From Rhodosorus marinus CCMP1338 (lineage: Eukaryota; Plantae; Rhodophyta): DNA of 64,000 bases. The stretch spans positions 1,674,001-1,738,000 of the forward strand of contig JAMWBK010000004.1 of the NCBI GenBank assembly GCA_029953675.1. Direction: 5' to 3'. Of the stretch, positions 1 through 13,117 are shown one piece after another (position 1 is the stretch's first letter; every line of letters starts with the position of its first letter). A program made the translations under genes and the position numbers. The notes below the pieces were generated by a model. That model ran no database searches, had not been told where the DNA came from, and worked only from the letters and a program-made list of their open reading frames with translations.

Positions 1-59
1 TAGTAATTCGAGTCTATTGTTTAGCAGGTTTGGTGTTAATTTACAAGCCTGCTGGCCAG

Positions 60-2902
60 GAAAATCGACATGCTAGATTTCTTGTGTCTGTTCAGTCAAA
101 ACGGGCTTTGGGTTCTGCGGACATGTTTGGGCTTATCCGCCTTTTACCGACTAGATGGGAAGATATGGCTCGAATTAGACGTACAGGATCTCAGCCTCGG
201 TTTAGCGCACAAATTCACTATTGAGAAAATTTTTACGATTGACCTAGCGGGGCTATAAAACAATCACTGAAGGGGGCAGTGGATCGTTCGGGTCAGAATT
301 CGGCTGATCCGTCAACTAGCTTAATTTGGTTTTGGTAGCACACTGGTGATGTTAGGTCATGTTCAGCTGCTGCCTGCTGGTGTCGAACTGGGCTCATACG
401 TGCTTGCGGGGCTGGCCTTTTTCACACACTGAAGAGTACCGCGAGAAGGGAAATTTCTAATGGGCCAAGCTTGTGAACGGCAGGGCGGACGTATGTTGGA
501 GAGCAACTCATATTGCAAGGAGAAGCTGTGTCCTTCTCTGGAGCGAGAGTTTAGATTGGGATAGGATGATAATTGGGTTGCATCCTCATGGAGCTTTCCC
601 AGCAGCAGAAGAACAAGCTCGATGTTAAACAGGCTTCGTCTTGCTAGCAGACTTCTCGCCAGCAGATGCTGTAGTTTACAGTGCATGATAGGGCTCATTA
701 TCATGCCTCTCGTTCACCGTGTTGGTGGAAAACGAAACTGTCAAGCGTCGACAATTGCTATCACCGCGGAAGGGGTACCAAGGTCAGACTTTTCCTTCCA
801 GTGGCATCGGGATATCTCCGTAGTATTGATCGGTTGCTTCGTGATACACCATATAGCCTGTTGCAGCTATTCTCGTAATGACAGTACGTTTCACCGGACA
901 TCCAGCCGTGGTGTGGCCTCCAAGTGAGCACATACTGATGTATTCACACCCACTATCGGCAATCCAGACGCTTTGTTGAAGCATAGTTTCAGTGTCCGTC
1001 GGTCTGAACACGTTTTCATTGTAATTATCGGCTCGAAAGTGTTAAAACCCCAGGGCTGCAGAGAGGAAGAAGCGGCCGAACTATTTGTTTCGGTCGGATG
1101 TTGACATAAGGCAGACAAGGATTTCTAGTTGAAGTAGTAAGGGCAGCATCTGGCATGGCACTATAATCTAGCAAAGGTCGCTAATCGATGTCCAGTTGAT
1201 ATCTTCAGTATAGGTCGTGCTGGCTAGTCCGAACGTATCAAATGCATAACAATAGTGGAGTTGTGGTCTGTTAGGTTCTTCCGTCGAAGTGGAAGGTTGA
1301 AGGGGTTCGAATTTATGAATTCCAGGAGCAGTGCACTTCGAAAAGAGCAGCTGAACTGCTCGTACGAACGAATTGCGTTCTGATCCACCTGATCTTACCG
1401 TCAACCCCATCTCGTGCATAGGTCATGAGAACGAGAGTCTGACGCGATCCCACACAAACGTATGGTTCGCAGCAACAAAATTGCAAAGGGGAGCGGAGTC
1501 TAGAACTTGCGCATCCCATCAAGCTGTCAGTTGGAAACCACTCGCTTCAAGTAGTTTGTCGTGTATTGTGCCGGGTAAATGTCAGCGCCGGGACACACTA
1601 AGACGCGTCGGTGTTGAGAGAATCCTGCCGCCCCAAACAGCGCTAACACGATGGGAAATAGACCTCCAGGACCTTGCGTAGCCGCTTCCTTTGAGACTGA
1701 ACGGCTTGTAGGACGAACTACTCTGACCTAACAAGAGCAGATCAAGAAACTGGCATGTAGACTATGGAGTGGACACCGCAAACAGGTGCGGGGAAGATTG
1801 TAAAAAGAAGAGCATGGCTTCTGAGCAGACTCAACCACTAAACCCTATTCGCGAGGGTGGCTGGTTCTCTGATGACGGCTCATTCAACTCCATCGCAAAA
1901 TCTTATATGTGTTCTTGTCCTTGGGTTTGAAGCCGTCAACCGTCAGTCAGTTGCAAACGACACCGAAGTTGTGTAGTACGAAGAACATAGAAATCTCGAT
2001 GAAATGCTGAAAACCTTGCAAGATCAAGTCCGCATCTCCATGCCAAGGTTGCGACTAGCCTACCTCGCAGACCAGCTGTCACGAGTGGTGTGGTGGGATT
2101 TGTTCAGATCAACCAACTAGGCCGATAAAGGATCTAGAGACGCTAGCGGCGTGTGTTTGTCGTGCTCGTGTTGCACCTGCTGTTGCACTCCGCGATAAAA
2201 AGTTTCAGGCTTAACTAGAACAGAAAAAGAAGCTGATGAGTAACTCCAAGATTTGAACTCAAGGATACAAAGGAACATGTTCTAATGTTCGGTTTGGCGG
2301 ATCCATTAGGGAACGTCCAGATGCCGCGTTACGACTGCCGTGCCTCCATGCGTCGCGGAAGAGCACGCACGTAAAGTGTACCCAGGATTGCATGAATTCA
2401 TATCTCAGCGTTAACAGCACGGAAAGGATGCAAGCATCACCGCGATTGCTGGAGTACGTGGCCAGCAGGGAATAAGATCAGATACAGGACTTTTGTCGCA
2501 CAACCGATTGACGACAACCAAGCTGCAGGCTGGCCTGAGAAGGTGCAGTCCGTAGAGTCGGAGTCGTCCATTAGCTGCGTCTAAGATAGTTAAGTGCTTT
2601 TTTTGCCTACTGAGAAGTCTCGTCCGGGTAGAGATTCAGGTATCTATGTCTGCGTTAGGCATGAGTAAGCAGCGAGTGAACGTAGCTCCTGACGAAGACG
2701 CTGCCAATTCATGGCTGAAAATCTTCCGCTTCAGCACGAGAAGCCACGGCAAGACACCACAGAGAGCTGGTTCGCCATAGACCCGAAAACCTTCTACTAC
2801 TATATCCAAGCGTCGCATCCAGGGCTCGCCCTTTCCATCAAAACGTGTTTTCCAGTCAAAACAGGGAGCATGAAAACCAACCCCCTCCCCCGGCAGAGGC
2901 AC
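60..2902 (-). mobile_element. Possible highly decayed LTR-retrotransposon (Copia-like) remnant
   Basis: All frames are stop-riddled. Minus-strand WIADSGCEYISMC (~930-966) resembles the Copia protease motif WxxDSGxxxHM. HVDFPG near 60-80 resembles the integrase H.D..G entry, and FDGKGEPW in ORF 2636-2902 resembles a gag N-terminus. Motif order fits gag-PR-IN, but no LTR or PBS was seen. Confidence 0.25.
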
Positions 2903-3426
2903 ATCACGCGACGGCTCTGTTCAGCTCACCATCAGAAGATCTCTAGTCCAAACTAGAGATCATCTCACCAGTTCAATATAAAACGTTCTATCAATAGCTC
3001 GCGTTCCAGATCTCGATCACCGGAACAGTAACCGCAAGCGGACTTCACATCTCAAATGCAAACCTTCACTTTCACATCAATCCAAACTAAATTGACCAAT
3101 CTGTCCCACCCTTTGCGAAACCACCTACACCCACAACGCGCAAAATTATACCCCGGGTAACAAATCCATTATAACGCTTAAATTATATCTAAAATAGCAC
3201 AATAATAGAAACACAAGGGGGTTAAATATTCAAAAATCGATCAATGGAATATCTAGATGGGGTGGGGGGACAACGTAAATCCGATCGGTTTCCGCGGAGT
3301 ATTCCAACTCTTCGTTTATTTGTTTTGATGATATTTTAATGTGGTTTCGTGGTGAAACCTCTTTGCGAGGGGATCTTTTGGGCGGGGGAAGAGGACGGGA
3401 AAGGAGTAAAAGGAACGATTGGGATG

Positions 3427-3439
3427 GAGAGAGAGAGAC

Positions 3440-3486
<47 letters not shown>
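3427..3486 (+). repeat. (GA)n microsatellite, about 30 units with two GACA interruptions
   Basis: Read directly; lies ~380 bp upstream of the DUF3727 ATG. Confidence 0.95.
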
Positions 3487-3490
<4 letters not shown>

Positions 3491-3864
3491 GAGAGAAGGA
3501 CAGAGATCGATCTATATAGTACGGATCTGATAAGGATTAGAGAATCTTGGGTAGACTTTTTCGATTTTTAGGGTGTTTAGTGAAACTCTTTGTTGGGAGG
3601 TCTTTTAGGGGGTGGTGAAGTTCTGTAGGGCGGATTGGTGTTCGGTTGGCTGAGGACGCGGCGGGCGTTTGGGAAGGAAGGCCGGACCTGGAGCTGGTTG
3701 GGAGTGCGGTAGAGGGGGTTGTCGTTGTTGTCGGTTGTTTTTTTCTTGAGATTGGCAGAGTTTAGGATTGGACTGGATTGGTTGTCTGGAGGGTAGCAAG
3801 GGGGAGCGGGGGCCTTGGGGGCGCGGGGGGAGGTGGGGTGGGGGTTTGGGGCGTTTGATTAACG

Positions 3865-5038
3865 ATGCTGGGCTTTTGCAGCGCCCTTGGGGGTTTTGGT
3901 GCGAGGGCTGTTGAAGGGAGATGTAGGATGGCGGGAGAAAAATGTGGTGGATTTGGGAGCCGGCGACCTGCGGGTTGTCGGCCGGTGTCAGTGAGGGAGC
4001 TGACGATAAGGTTTAGTGCAGAAAAGACACTGCAGGAGGAGGAAGTTTTTGATGAGGATCTCGATTTTCCAGAGGAAGATGGGATCGTGGTGTTGAAGGA
4101 TGAAACAACAAATAAGTAAGTCACAGATGCTCTCGCGAACCAAAAAGGGTGGAAAGTTGTGAACCTATTTGCGTGCATCCGAGTTTAATACGAGTAATTG
4201 CAGATATTATGTAGAGGAGATTCGTTCTTGCTTGGTTTTGATCTTGCTTAACATTGATTCCCACCAGGACCATCGAGTGCATTGTGGAGCGAACTGTCAA
4301 CGTGAAGGATACGGAGTACTACCTATGCTCACCCTGCGACGACCCAGTTGTAATTGCGAAGATGGAGGGCGATGATGAAAGTGAAAACGATGGCGAGGCG
4401 GTACGGCAACCACCTAAAGATGAACATCACTATTTAACCTCAACCCCAGAACCCCTCGCTGGTTTTCTGAACCGCATGACGTATTTTCTGCCTCAACTAG
4501 ATTTTGAGCACACTAGAGGATCCCGAGTCTTTGAAAACTCTGTTTAACCCTGCGTACGAGGTATTGGCTGAAGACGGTGTAACACTTCAAGATACAGCGT
4601 ATATCTGGACAGTCATTCCAGAGCCTGACGAAGGTTTCGATGCGGATGACGACGTCGAAGACGAGGAAACAGAGGAAGAGGACAGACAAAGCGAGTCGCT
4701 GGAATGGAACGGTGAGGAGGAGGAAGTTGACGTGATGGCTTCGTTCTTCCACGAAGGCTCGGAGTATTTTGTCGGGAGAACGGTCTCGCCAGTGTTTTTC
4801 GTAACGAAGCTCATTGATGATGGTATGCGCTGCTTGGAACACAAGATCGTTTAGAGGCTTCCCTTCTGCACTATTCCTAACTCCTAATTTTGGTTTTGCT
4901 TTTTTCAATACTGCAGAAATGAGGGTACCCTCACAGGAAGAGCTGGACGAGATCACTCCCGAAATCGAAAATGAGATTGAAGGCTGGGACTATGACGCTG
5001 ACGGGGATATCGAAAAAGTGGATGAAGAAGAACAGTGA
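3865..5038 (+). CDS. Plastid-targeted DUF3727/DUF1292-family protein, 4 exons
   Basis: GT-AG introns at 4116-4267, 4401-4500 and 4823-4916 join the ORFs in frame. TIECIVERTV..., EVLAEDGVTLQDTAYIWTV and ASFFHEGSEYFV...SPVFFVTKL match the cyanobacterial DUF3727 pattern. Transit-peptide-like N-terminus MLGFCSALGG. Confidence 0.8.
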
Positions 5039-5639
5039 TCAAGACTACTTGTTACGGGACAAGTCCAAAAAAACTCAATAGAACGAGAAAAGGGATTATT
5101 GGAAAGGGGGCATATTGTAAGGAACAACGAAGGGGGAGGGGGCGGGCGGCGGGGATAGAGTCGTTCTTTTCCGTTTTCGAGGAAAACCTCAAAAAAATGC
5201 CACCCGCTCGTTTCTTTCTCTCGCCTGGGACAGCGGCCGAGGTGTTTTGTCACCCTCAAAAGTCGGTTCAGCTGTGACTTTGAAAAAACTGGACGCACTG
5301 GGGGAAAAGAAGCAGAATTTTTTCTGCGTGGGTCGTTTTGGTTTGTTTTTTGCCCGCTTCGAGAGGCTCTCCGTGGTGTCTTTCTTCGCGCTCGATTTTC
5401 GAATTTTTTTGTGGGTTCTTTTTCCAAGTGTGCAAGTTTGGAAAAAGCAAAAGAGCAAAAGATCCACCAGACCCCCTCTCTCTTTGAAAGGTAAAAAGAG
5501 AGAAAAGGCTTTTGAGGAAACATTGTACATATTGCTTTGGGTTTGCTGATCTGAAAGAGTGAAGCCCGCAACAAGCCCGGTGTCGAGAAAGTCGAGCCTG
5601 CTTAGAACAAGACGCGGGGAGTTTCCATACTCAATTGTT

Positions 5640-6603
5640 GGTAAAACCTGCTTCGTCACGAGCTCGAAGGCATGCCACCAAAGGGCTCAAACCAGACGCC
5701 TTGACAAAAATCCAGCGACTCGAGTTGACTTCAACATGATCCTCAACTCTTTGACTTCCGGATTCGTCCACGATTAGTGTGACCACAGTAGGTGCGGGCT
5801 TCCGCCTTTATCATTCAATCATCTTTTAGAGAAGGATCGAGACCACGACTTCTCCAGAGCAACAGCTTTATCAAACCAAGTTCTCCTCACCCAACGATGC
5901 TAGCCCTCGCATCAATTTGCTCACGGCCGTCGTGAGGACGGGGAGTTTGGGTGATCACTAAGGTAGAAGAAGACGACCTCTTCAACCTGTGCCCTCTCAA
6001 AATTCCGTTGGCCGGCGACGAGCCCCTATGTTCCGATCTCAATCAAGATCGGGCGAAACACTTCTAGAGGAAGGCTCTATTAAGCTCGTGGGCTTGTGAG
6101 AGCTTGAGCCCTCATGGTCTCCACGGCGACATTGAAGGTCTTGGCGACGATCGTTGAGACCATTTGGTCTAGAACATATCAAGTCGGCCGTTGGCCAGAC
6201 GCCAACTACCTTCCTAGCAAGACTCGGCAAGGAAACCTCTACTCGGGGAACAGAAGGTTTCGGTTTCCATCTCACGGTTGAAACAATCTTCATTGCCATG
6301 TAGATGAAAGAAGCTCAAGATCAATGATGAACAGATCCTCAGCGGCAAACTTCGACGTCTTCTTGAGCGAAAGCAATAGAGCCACATCGTTTGCCGTTTT
6401 CTGTTCGATTGGCAGATGTGATAGTGGTGAATGGATTCCGGCAATCTCCATCGACGGTCCTGAAAAGTGGGTTTCGTGTACTATCAGCTCGGGAAGACGA
6501 GACTGAGTCCACCTTCTTCAGGGCCTTGAGCTAGATCGATATCTCCATAAGGACTTGCCGTTCGCGTTGGTAGTTGTGGTGGCTGGATCGGTGGCGTGAC
6601 CAT
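5640..6603 (-). CDS. Possible multi-exon hypothetical gene; exon structure unresolved
   Basis: Several short stop-free coding-like segments on the minus strand (MVTPPIQPPQLPT..., YVLDQMVSTIVAKTF..., IVDESGSQRVEDHVEV...). I could not assemble a consistent splice model. Confidence 0.25.
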
Positions 6604-6760
6604 CTTCACTGGTCACTGGTGAATTCTTTTGTGAGCAAGAAAATCAAGACGACGAGATCGGCTTCCTGTTCGCTGCAACATTTTATAGTGCTGGGAACAC
6701 AGTGAACGCTGTGAACGAACGTTACGACACAGGGTGTTGGGTGAGGAAGAGAGAATCTCA

Positions 6761-7840
6761 ATGACGGGTGAACATAGAACTGGATTATTCCATGAGCGCC
6801 GAACGATCTCGGCCGCCTTGGCAGGGATGAACTGTGAAGTACGTGACAATGGTTATGTTCTTCGGCCTGATGAATACCTCGTGCAACGGCGCTTCACATT
6901 CAGATATGTGCTACTCAGGGTGTTGTTCGTAGGCGGGTGAGGGCATACTACCAGAATACTCTGAATCGCTGCCTTGATTTCTGTTCTACTTGTTCTGTGA
7001 GTGTGGGGAGCAGTGTAGTCCCGGTACTTGGTCACGCGTTTGAGTGCTTGTTGACATGGATGTTGTAGCTGAGGCACCCATGTTCTATTTCTTATTCTGT
7101 ACTTTTGGGTCGTAGAGGTCTGCAGGTTGCATTCAAGCTCGGGAATCGATACCTGCGGAATACAAACTACATAGGGCTAAGACTTCCAGTGGGAATTTTC
7201 CTCGGCCTTCAAGGCGCTAGGATCTTCAATTATGCAGCTAATAGTGGGTACGGGAGAGAACTCCTCAGTATTCCGGATTCGCCCCTCGCCAAGGAACTTA
7301 GAAGTCAGATTGTTGACGCTGAAGGACCAGATGGCCCGTGGATGACAAGACATGCACCGGTACGCGTCTCAAAATGGAACAAAAAAAAAACACGCTCTGG
7401 GACCGAAAGAGAAGAGGAAGAGAAGACGAGGGTCTACAGCGAAGTCAAGCTCTTCAACATGTTGTCTTCGTTTTCCGACTCTGAAAGCTTCAACCCATGT
7501 TTTGTTTTGCGTCTTCGTTGGTCCGATCATGGCACCCCAAAAAACTGTGAAGACTTTCAACTCTGCTTGGGTAGTTGAAACGAGAGAAACCGTAGATGAT
7601 GATGATTACGACTCGGCTGGGTCCCATACGAAACCTGAGAAACGAGATACTGGCCAATACGGGGGGTATGAACTCTTGAGAGAGCGTCGCAAGGATTCCA
7701 TCCCCGCGTTTGGAAAACCTGGTTTGGCGGGTATACAGCCCGATGGGGTTCAATCAATGTTGTACAGAACGTATCAGACGGTCGTCGAAGTGGAGGACGA
7801 GGATGACCCTAGAAATCGATTAGCTGACTACTACGCGTAG
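6761..7840 (+). CDS. Hypothetical multi-exon protein, possibly a small membrane protein
   Basis: Coding-like blocks GLQVAFKLGNRYL...ELLSIPDSPLAKELRSQI and ...ETRETVDDDDYDS...RLADYYA* are bounded by GTACGT/GTACGC donors and YAG acceptors. Start and exon boundaries are approximate. Confidence 0.45.
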
Positions 7841-8263
7841 GTTTGGGCACAATCAAGCAAAGCTTTGGGCCTGATTTGGCCGGTGAGGGAGCGAACTCGG
7901 GTTGCGTTTGTCTGAAATCTTTCTGCAAACCTTGTCCGCTGTAAAGGGAACTGGACACGGATGAAGGTGACCCTGAGGAAGAAATGAGGAAGGGGTGGCT
8001 ATCGCTGTCCTATGCTCGCCGAAAACTGGATCAGCAGGGCCAACAGGATCAGGTTGGCTGAGAAAACGTGTTACGCACCAGCCTGAGCCTGCTTGGGCGA
8101 AAGCAGGAGCCTCTAGCGACGAGGAGAGAGTCTCCTTGCTATTGTTTGTAGCCTTGTTTATCAACTGACTATAGTACTTCCAAGAAGCGCAACACGATCC
8201 GATCGTTTCAAACGGTTGACTTTAATGCGCGGAAAGGTATGAGCGGAGGGGAACACGAAAGTG

Positions 8264-10898
8264 CTAATCCTCCTGTGCGGGACCGAGCGACCATGACCCT
8301 CCACTGTCTAGGCAAAGGATACTATCGTGGAATTGAGTAAGGCTCGGTTTGTTACTGACGCTAACGAGCATCAGGTCGTCTGGAATAATCCTATACATTA
8401 AAGCCTCCGTCTCCGCGTCGAGAGCGGAAGTGCTCTCATCGAGAATCGCAAACTTTGCACCGGATAGAAGCAACCTAGTTGGTTTTCGTCAAACAGACAC
8501 AACACCACGGATTCAGTGATCAACGCGGAACCCGGAAAAAGCGCCTCCAATCGAACAAAAGCACAAGAGACCCTCCCGCGGCTTAGACGAAGAGTGCGCA
8601 CGGCGCTGTCCTACCTTGCGAATCCAATGCGCTGTTGTTCTCCCAAAGACAGGACCGCTCCGAGATTAACAGTCGTACTTGAAATACCACCAGCAGTGGT
8701 TTCAGCGGTGGGTAAGTTGACCTTCTTGAGAATCTCTCTCACTAGATCATCATCAACGTCGTCAGGGTTGCGTGGGTATGTGACGTTCTCTTTGAGAGAG
8801 CCCTGGACCATGTAGGGTCTCTGTGGTAGGAAGAAGCAATGCTCTCGGTCCGGTGATGAAATTCTTCCATCGCCAATATTCCAGATTCCTACAAAAACGA
8901 ATCGCAGACGAATCGCGAAGATCCGATGATATTGTTCTTGTCAGTGATGTGAGTGGATCAAGGTCGATCAGTGCCTGCGGGGCTCACGCACCAGCGATGG
9001 ACCTCATCAATGAGCTCTTTCCAACGCCGCTCTCGCCAGTCACAAGGAGCCTCTGATTGTTTTCAATGGCAAGGCTAACATCCTTGGTGAGCTGTCTCTG
9101 TTGGGGTGTACGGGTAGACACGTGCTCTAACACGAGCTCTCCAGCCGAGATCTGGCGCGAGATAAGACCGTCAGCTTCGTCACCGTTGGTCGCGCGATGG
9201 GCGTAGACAGATTCACGTATCTGCGTGACACGTGCGACGTTCGCTGCAAACGTACTGATGGATGAAAACTGGTTCACAATGAGTCCTAGATCCTGAAGGA
9301 CGTGGTTGTAGCTATTCTCGAATAGCACGCCACAAGCAAGAGAGAGGTTAGTAACGTGGTTCTGCTTTGGAGATTTACGCGGTTCTGCTTTGGAGCGATC
9401 CACCTGAGCAAAGTGATGATCTCCCTGCATACCTGAAATAAATTTGAGACATGATACCAAGCTCAAAATCTCCTTTCATAAACTTGGGCCCCGCAATCGC
9501 GCTTGGAAGGACGTTTGGAACGTATGCATAGGCCTTCTGCAGAAAGGCAAGGTTCCGTTCAAGACCGATGAGATTACGCAAGTTGGTTAGGACGTCCTGA
9601 AACCTGTTTTTGTGCACAAGCATTCAGTAAGCAGGTGAAGGACAGAAATATGGCACGGCGCGATCCAATTCTTGACGCTGGAGGTTTTCCAGACCTGGAA
9701 GTTATGTTCGATTTCTCACGTTCATCACCCCGATAGAAGGCCACGCTCTCTGCGTTCTCCCGAACCCGGACCAGTGAATACCTGATTCATCGTTACAGAG
9801 TGGTGAAAGTCCTCGTATGAGCAGACCGGTAACAACAAAAAGAGAATACTAGACCGTAAGGATGGATCAAGGTCACCTTAAGCTGGCCTCTCTCGCAAAC
9901 TGCTTTCGATTGAGAAGGGCTAGCGGCTTTCCCAGAATCAACGTCAGCGATGTACCTACTAGGCAGTAAATCACAAGGACGTAGAAGAGTGGCGGGTACA
10001 GCTTGTAGAGAATTGCCGAGAAGACGATAAAGTCGAGGATTGCCACGAAGATCTGGCACATCAAATCAGTAGCCACCCGTGTGAACAATGTCACATCTTC
10101 AGTCATCCTTTGGTCGGGGTTGTCCAGAGAAGTATCGAAAGTGGTCTCCAAGTAATTGTTCTTTGCCATATACTGCGGACGAGGTCGGAGGAGGATGTTC
10201 AGCGATCTTGAGACCCGTTTTCTGCAAAATTCAACTGACCAACAGCCCTGTGTTTTCATACTCTGTCGATCAGTTTGGACGAAAGATCCTGTCGCCATCT
10301 TAAGCTCAGGATGTTCTTGGCCCAGTCGTAGAGAGCAAGCACGATCGGTCCGATGATGACAGCAAAACCATAAATAACCAGTAACTTGGAAAATTTCTCC
10401 GCATTTTTCTCCGAAAGCGCTGTCCAGAACATCCTCTGAGTAAACGACAGAGCAACCGCGTAGACCGTTTTGACCAACGACAGGAATAGCGCGATGAAGG
10501 TCCATATCCAAGCAGTCTTGGCCGCTCCCCCGAACCAGAAGTCGCCAGCGAGAACTCTTATCTAATCGCACAGAACAGCGAACAAAGACCTTAGAGACAA
10601 CTTATCGGTCCTCGTGCGCTGCTTTGGGAGAAACCCGTTGAGCCCAGTCGGCATTCGATACCTGAGCCATCAACTTCAAAGGATCCAGTCCACCATCCTT
10701 TGGATTAGACAGCTTCTCTAACCCCTGTTGCTCCTGTGCCTGAGAAACACTGGTAACCATCCGAACCCTCTTCGACAGACTCTGGCCAACTCTTCTCCCG
10801 CTTCTCCATCGCAACCGATGGAGCTGCCGATTGCAAAAACTGGTGCCAGGCTTGGAAAGAAACCCAGACGTTCCTAATTGGCCCTGGAATGCGAACAT
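8264..10898 (-). CDS. Plastid-targeted ABC half-transporter, subfamily D (ABC_membrane_2 + NBD), multi-exon
   Basis: Transit peptide MFAFQGQLGTS; TMD motifs DNPDQRMTEDV and YSLVRVRENAESVAFY; Walker A GESGVGKSS; Q-loop FLPQRPY; signature LSLGEQQRIGFAR; Walker B AILDESTSALD. Confidence 0.92.
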
Positions 10899-13117
10899 CT
10901 GCGTTCGTGAAACCAAGAATGTCTCTCAGAACCAGTCATAAAACAACAAATCCCTCACAACCACTCCCGGAATCTCGCTTTTCGGATCCCCAAGACCGTT
11001 TATCACCTTAACAAAGCCAATCCGCAATCCCGAAGGCTTGAGGCTAACTCACGATATCCCCAAGGGGCAGCTTCCTGCTTTTCACAGAAGACCTTCTCAG
11101 CTTCAATTAGTTTCTTCTAAGAGTGCCGATTTGCGTTTGGTCTTGGTCTTCCTGGACTTGATCGTGCCCTAACTCTCTTGACTGGATCGACCTCAAGAGG
11201 GTGTTTTAATTCTTTCTGCAGAGGACCGCTCGACTACACTGATTTCAGGCTAGATTACAGGATTATCTAACCTATTGAACGCAAATCGATATGATAAGAT
11301 CTCTAGGACTGGTCTTCAGTCGTCCTGCCTCTCGGAACCTCAGGAAACGCAAGTTGGAGAATTCAGATTCGCAAGGGCATTATCAATCTCATCCACTCCC
11401 ATTTAGGCCCCCCAACAAGCATCTTTTGTTTCCATTATTATGTAATTTAATAATATTGAGGTAAAACAAGGATTTCTGAACTATTTTACCCCCCTCAATC
11501 CACGCCTGAGATACATCTTGGTTTTTATCATGTCCGAGCGGTGTTATAGGATTTTCCGGTAGTGGATATGTTTGCTATAACACTGACGCCTTCGGTGTAG
11601 GGCCAGATCGGTGCAGGAGGAACCGATTGCTACCATCTCCGATGGATTCGTGGATTGAGGAGGCCAGAATAAGAAAGTCTTGTAGACGGCTTTATCCAGA
11701 AAAGAAGTAAAGCAAAACGAGAGGAAATAGAAACAGTGGCGGTGTACGACGGGGGTTTCAGAAAGAGCCTTCATGTTGTACGGCACACACAGCGAAGATT
11801 TATTCCGTTAGTCTGGTCATCGATATCTCGATAGTTAGGGCCAGCCAGGTGGTGCTCCGAAACAGCATGGCTTCGCTGAATAAGCTAGCCAACGCAGACC
11901 CTGCCGAATCGGGCCTCTTGTTGTAGAACTTTTCAACAGAACCGCAAAGCTCGCGCCCTACGCTTGCGCAGCTACGACCTGCCTGAACCCCTTTGGCGAC
12001 AACAACAGGGGGCGGGGGGACGGTCCGCCGATATCAAAAAACGTTATTGATTCGTTTGAATGTTTGTGAACACGTACTTTTTTTTCACTCTGCGATCGCA
12101 CTAGGGGGTTTGATCATTACACACTTTTATTGAAGTAGATAGTCTCAATCTAAGGGCGGGTACCCCTGAGCGACTCCCATCTGCACAGGACCTTTGAGGC
12201 ACCCAGTGCATAATCTAAAAGTACGACAAAAACCAAGCCTGCGCCTTCCTGTCACATTATCGACGTCACCAGACTCAAACCGTTTTCTCCCCCATCGCGG
12301 GTCCCCACCCTAGATTCCAATTCATACCCTCACACAGTTCAATCAGAATATCAAGAAAAATGACTGATTAAATACACAGCAAAAACACATTTTGGGAACA
12401 TTGAGCGAAATCTTGTTTTTCTTTATAAAAGTATCCAATCGGAGTTATCCATCAACAGATGCTGGAAGTGCGGAATACGGGATTTTCGGGTGGATTAGAA
12501 GGATTTTTGTTGTGGCTAAGTGAGAAAGGTCTTTTCTTAAGGGGTTTGTGGATGTGGCATCAATGAGGTTGTGAATGGGGATGGAGGATGGTGTGTGTAT
12601 GTGAGGGGGAGGAGGGATAGAGACGGAGACAGGGTAGGTTCCTGTGAAGTGATCTTATAGTGGGAGATTCTGGAGGTTTGGTTATGATTGTAAGGAGGGG
12701 ATGTTAGGTTTGTCATGGTGTTTCGTTGTTTTTATTCTTTTTCTGAGGACGCGTTTCGAGGTGGTTTTTGTTTTTTGTTTTGCAGGGGTGTTTTGGAGGA
12801 GGCTTTGACGTGGGGTTTGAGAGGTTTTTGGTTGAAGAGTGAGGGAGTGAAAGGAAGAGCTTTGCGTGTTTGAGAGTTTGGTGGGAGGTGTTCTTGGAAT
12901 GCTTCTTGCTTGAGTTTTTTTTGGTTAGTCGAGGTGGGTGGTGGAAGGTACACGGGAGGAAACGAATGGAGTCCACGGGTCCAGTGGTTTGAGGAATATT
13001 CTTTTTTGAGGGCCAGGATTGGGAGTCAGCGGCTTTGTGAGGTGCGGCACAGATCGGGTTGAGAAGGAACTGGGCTTTAAAGGGACGCTCACGAGTTTTG
13101 CTTTCGATGGGTTGGGC

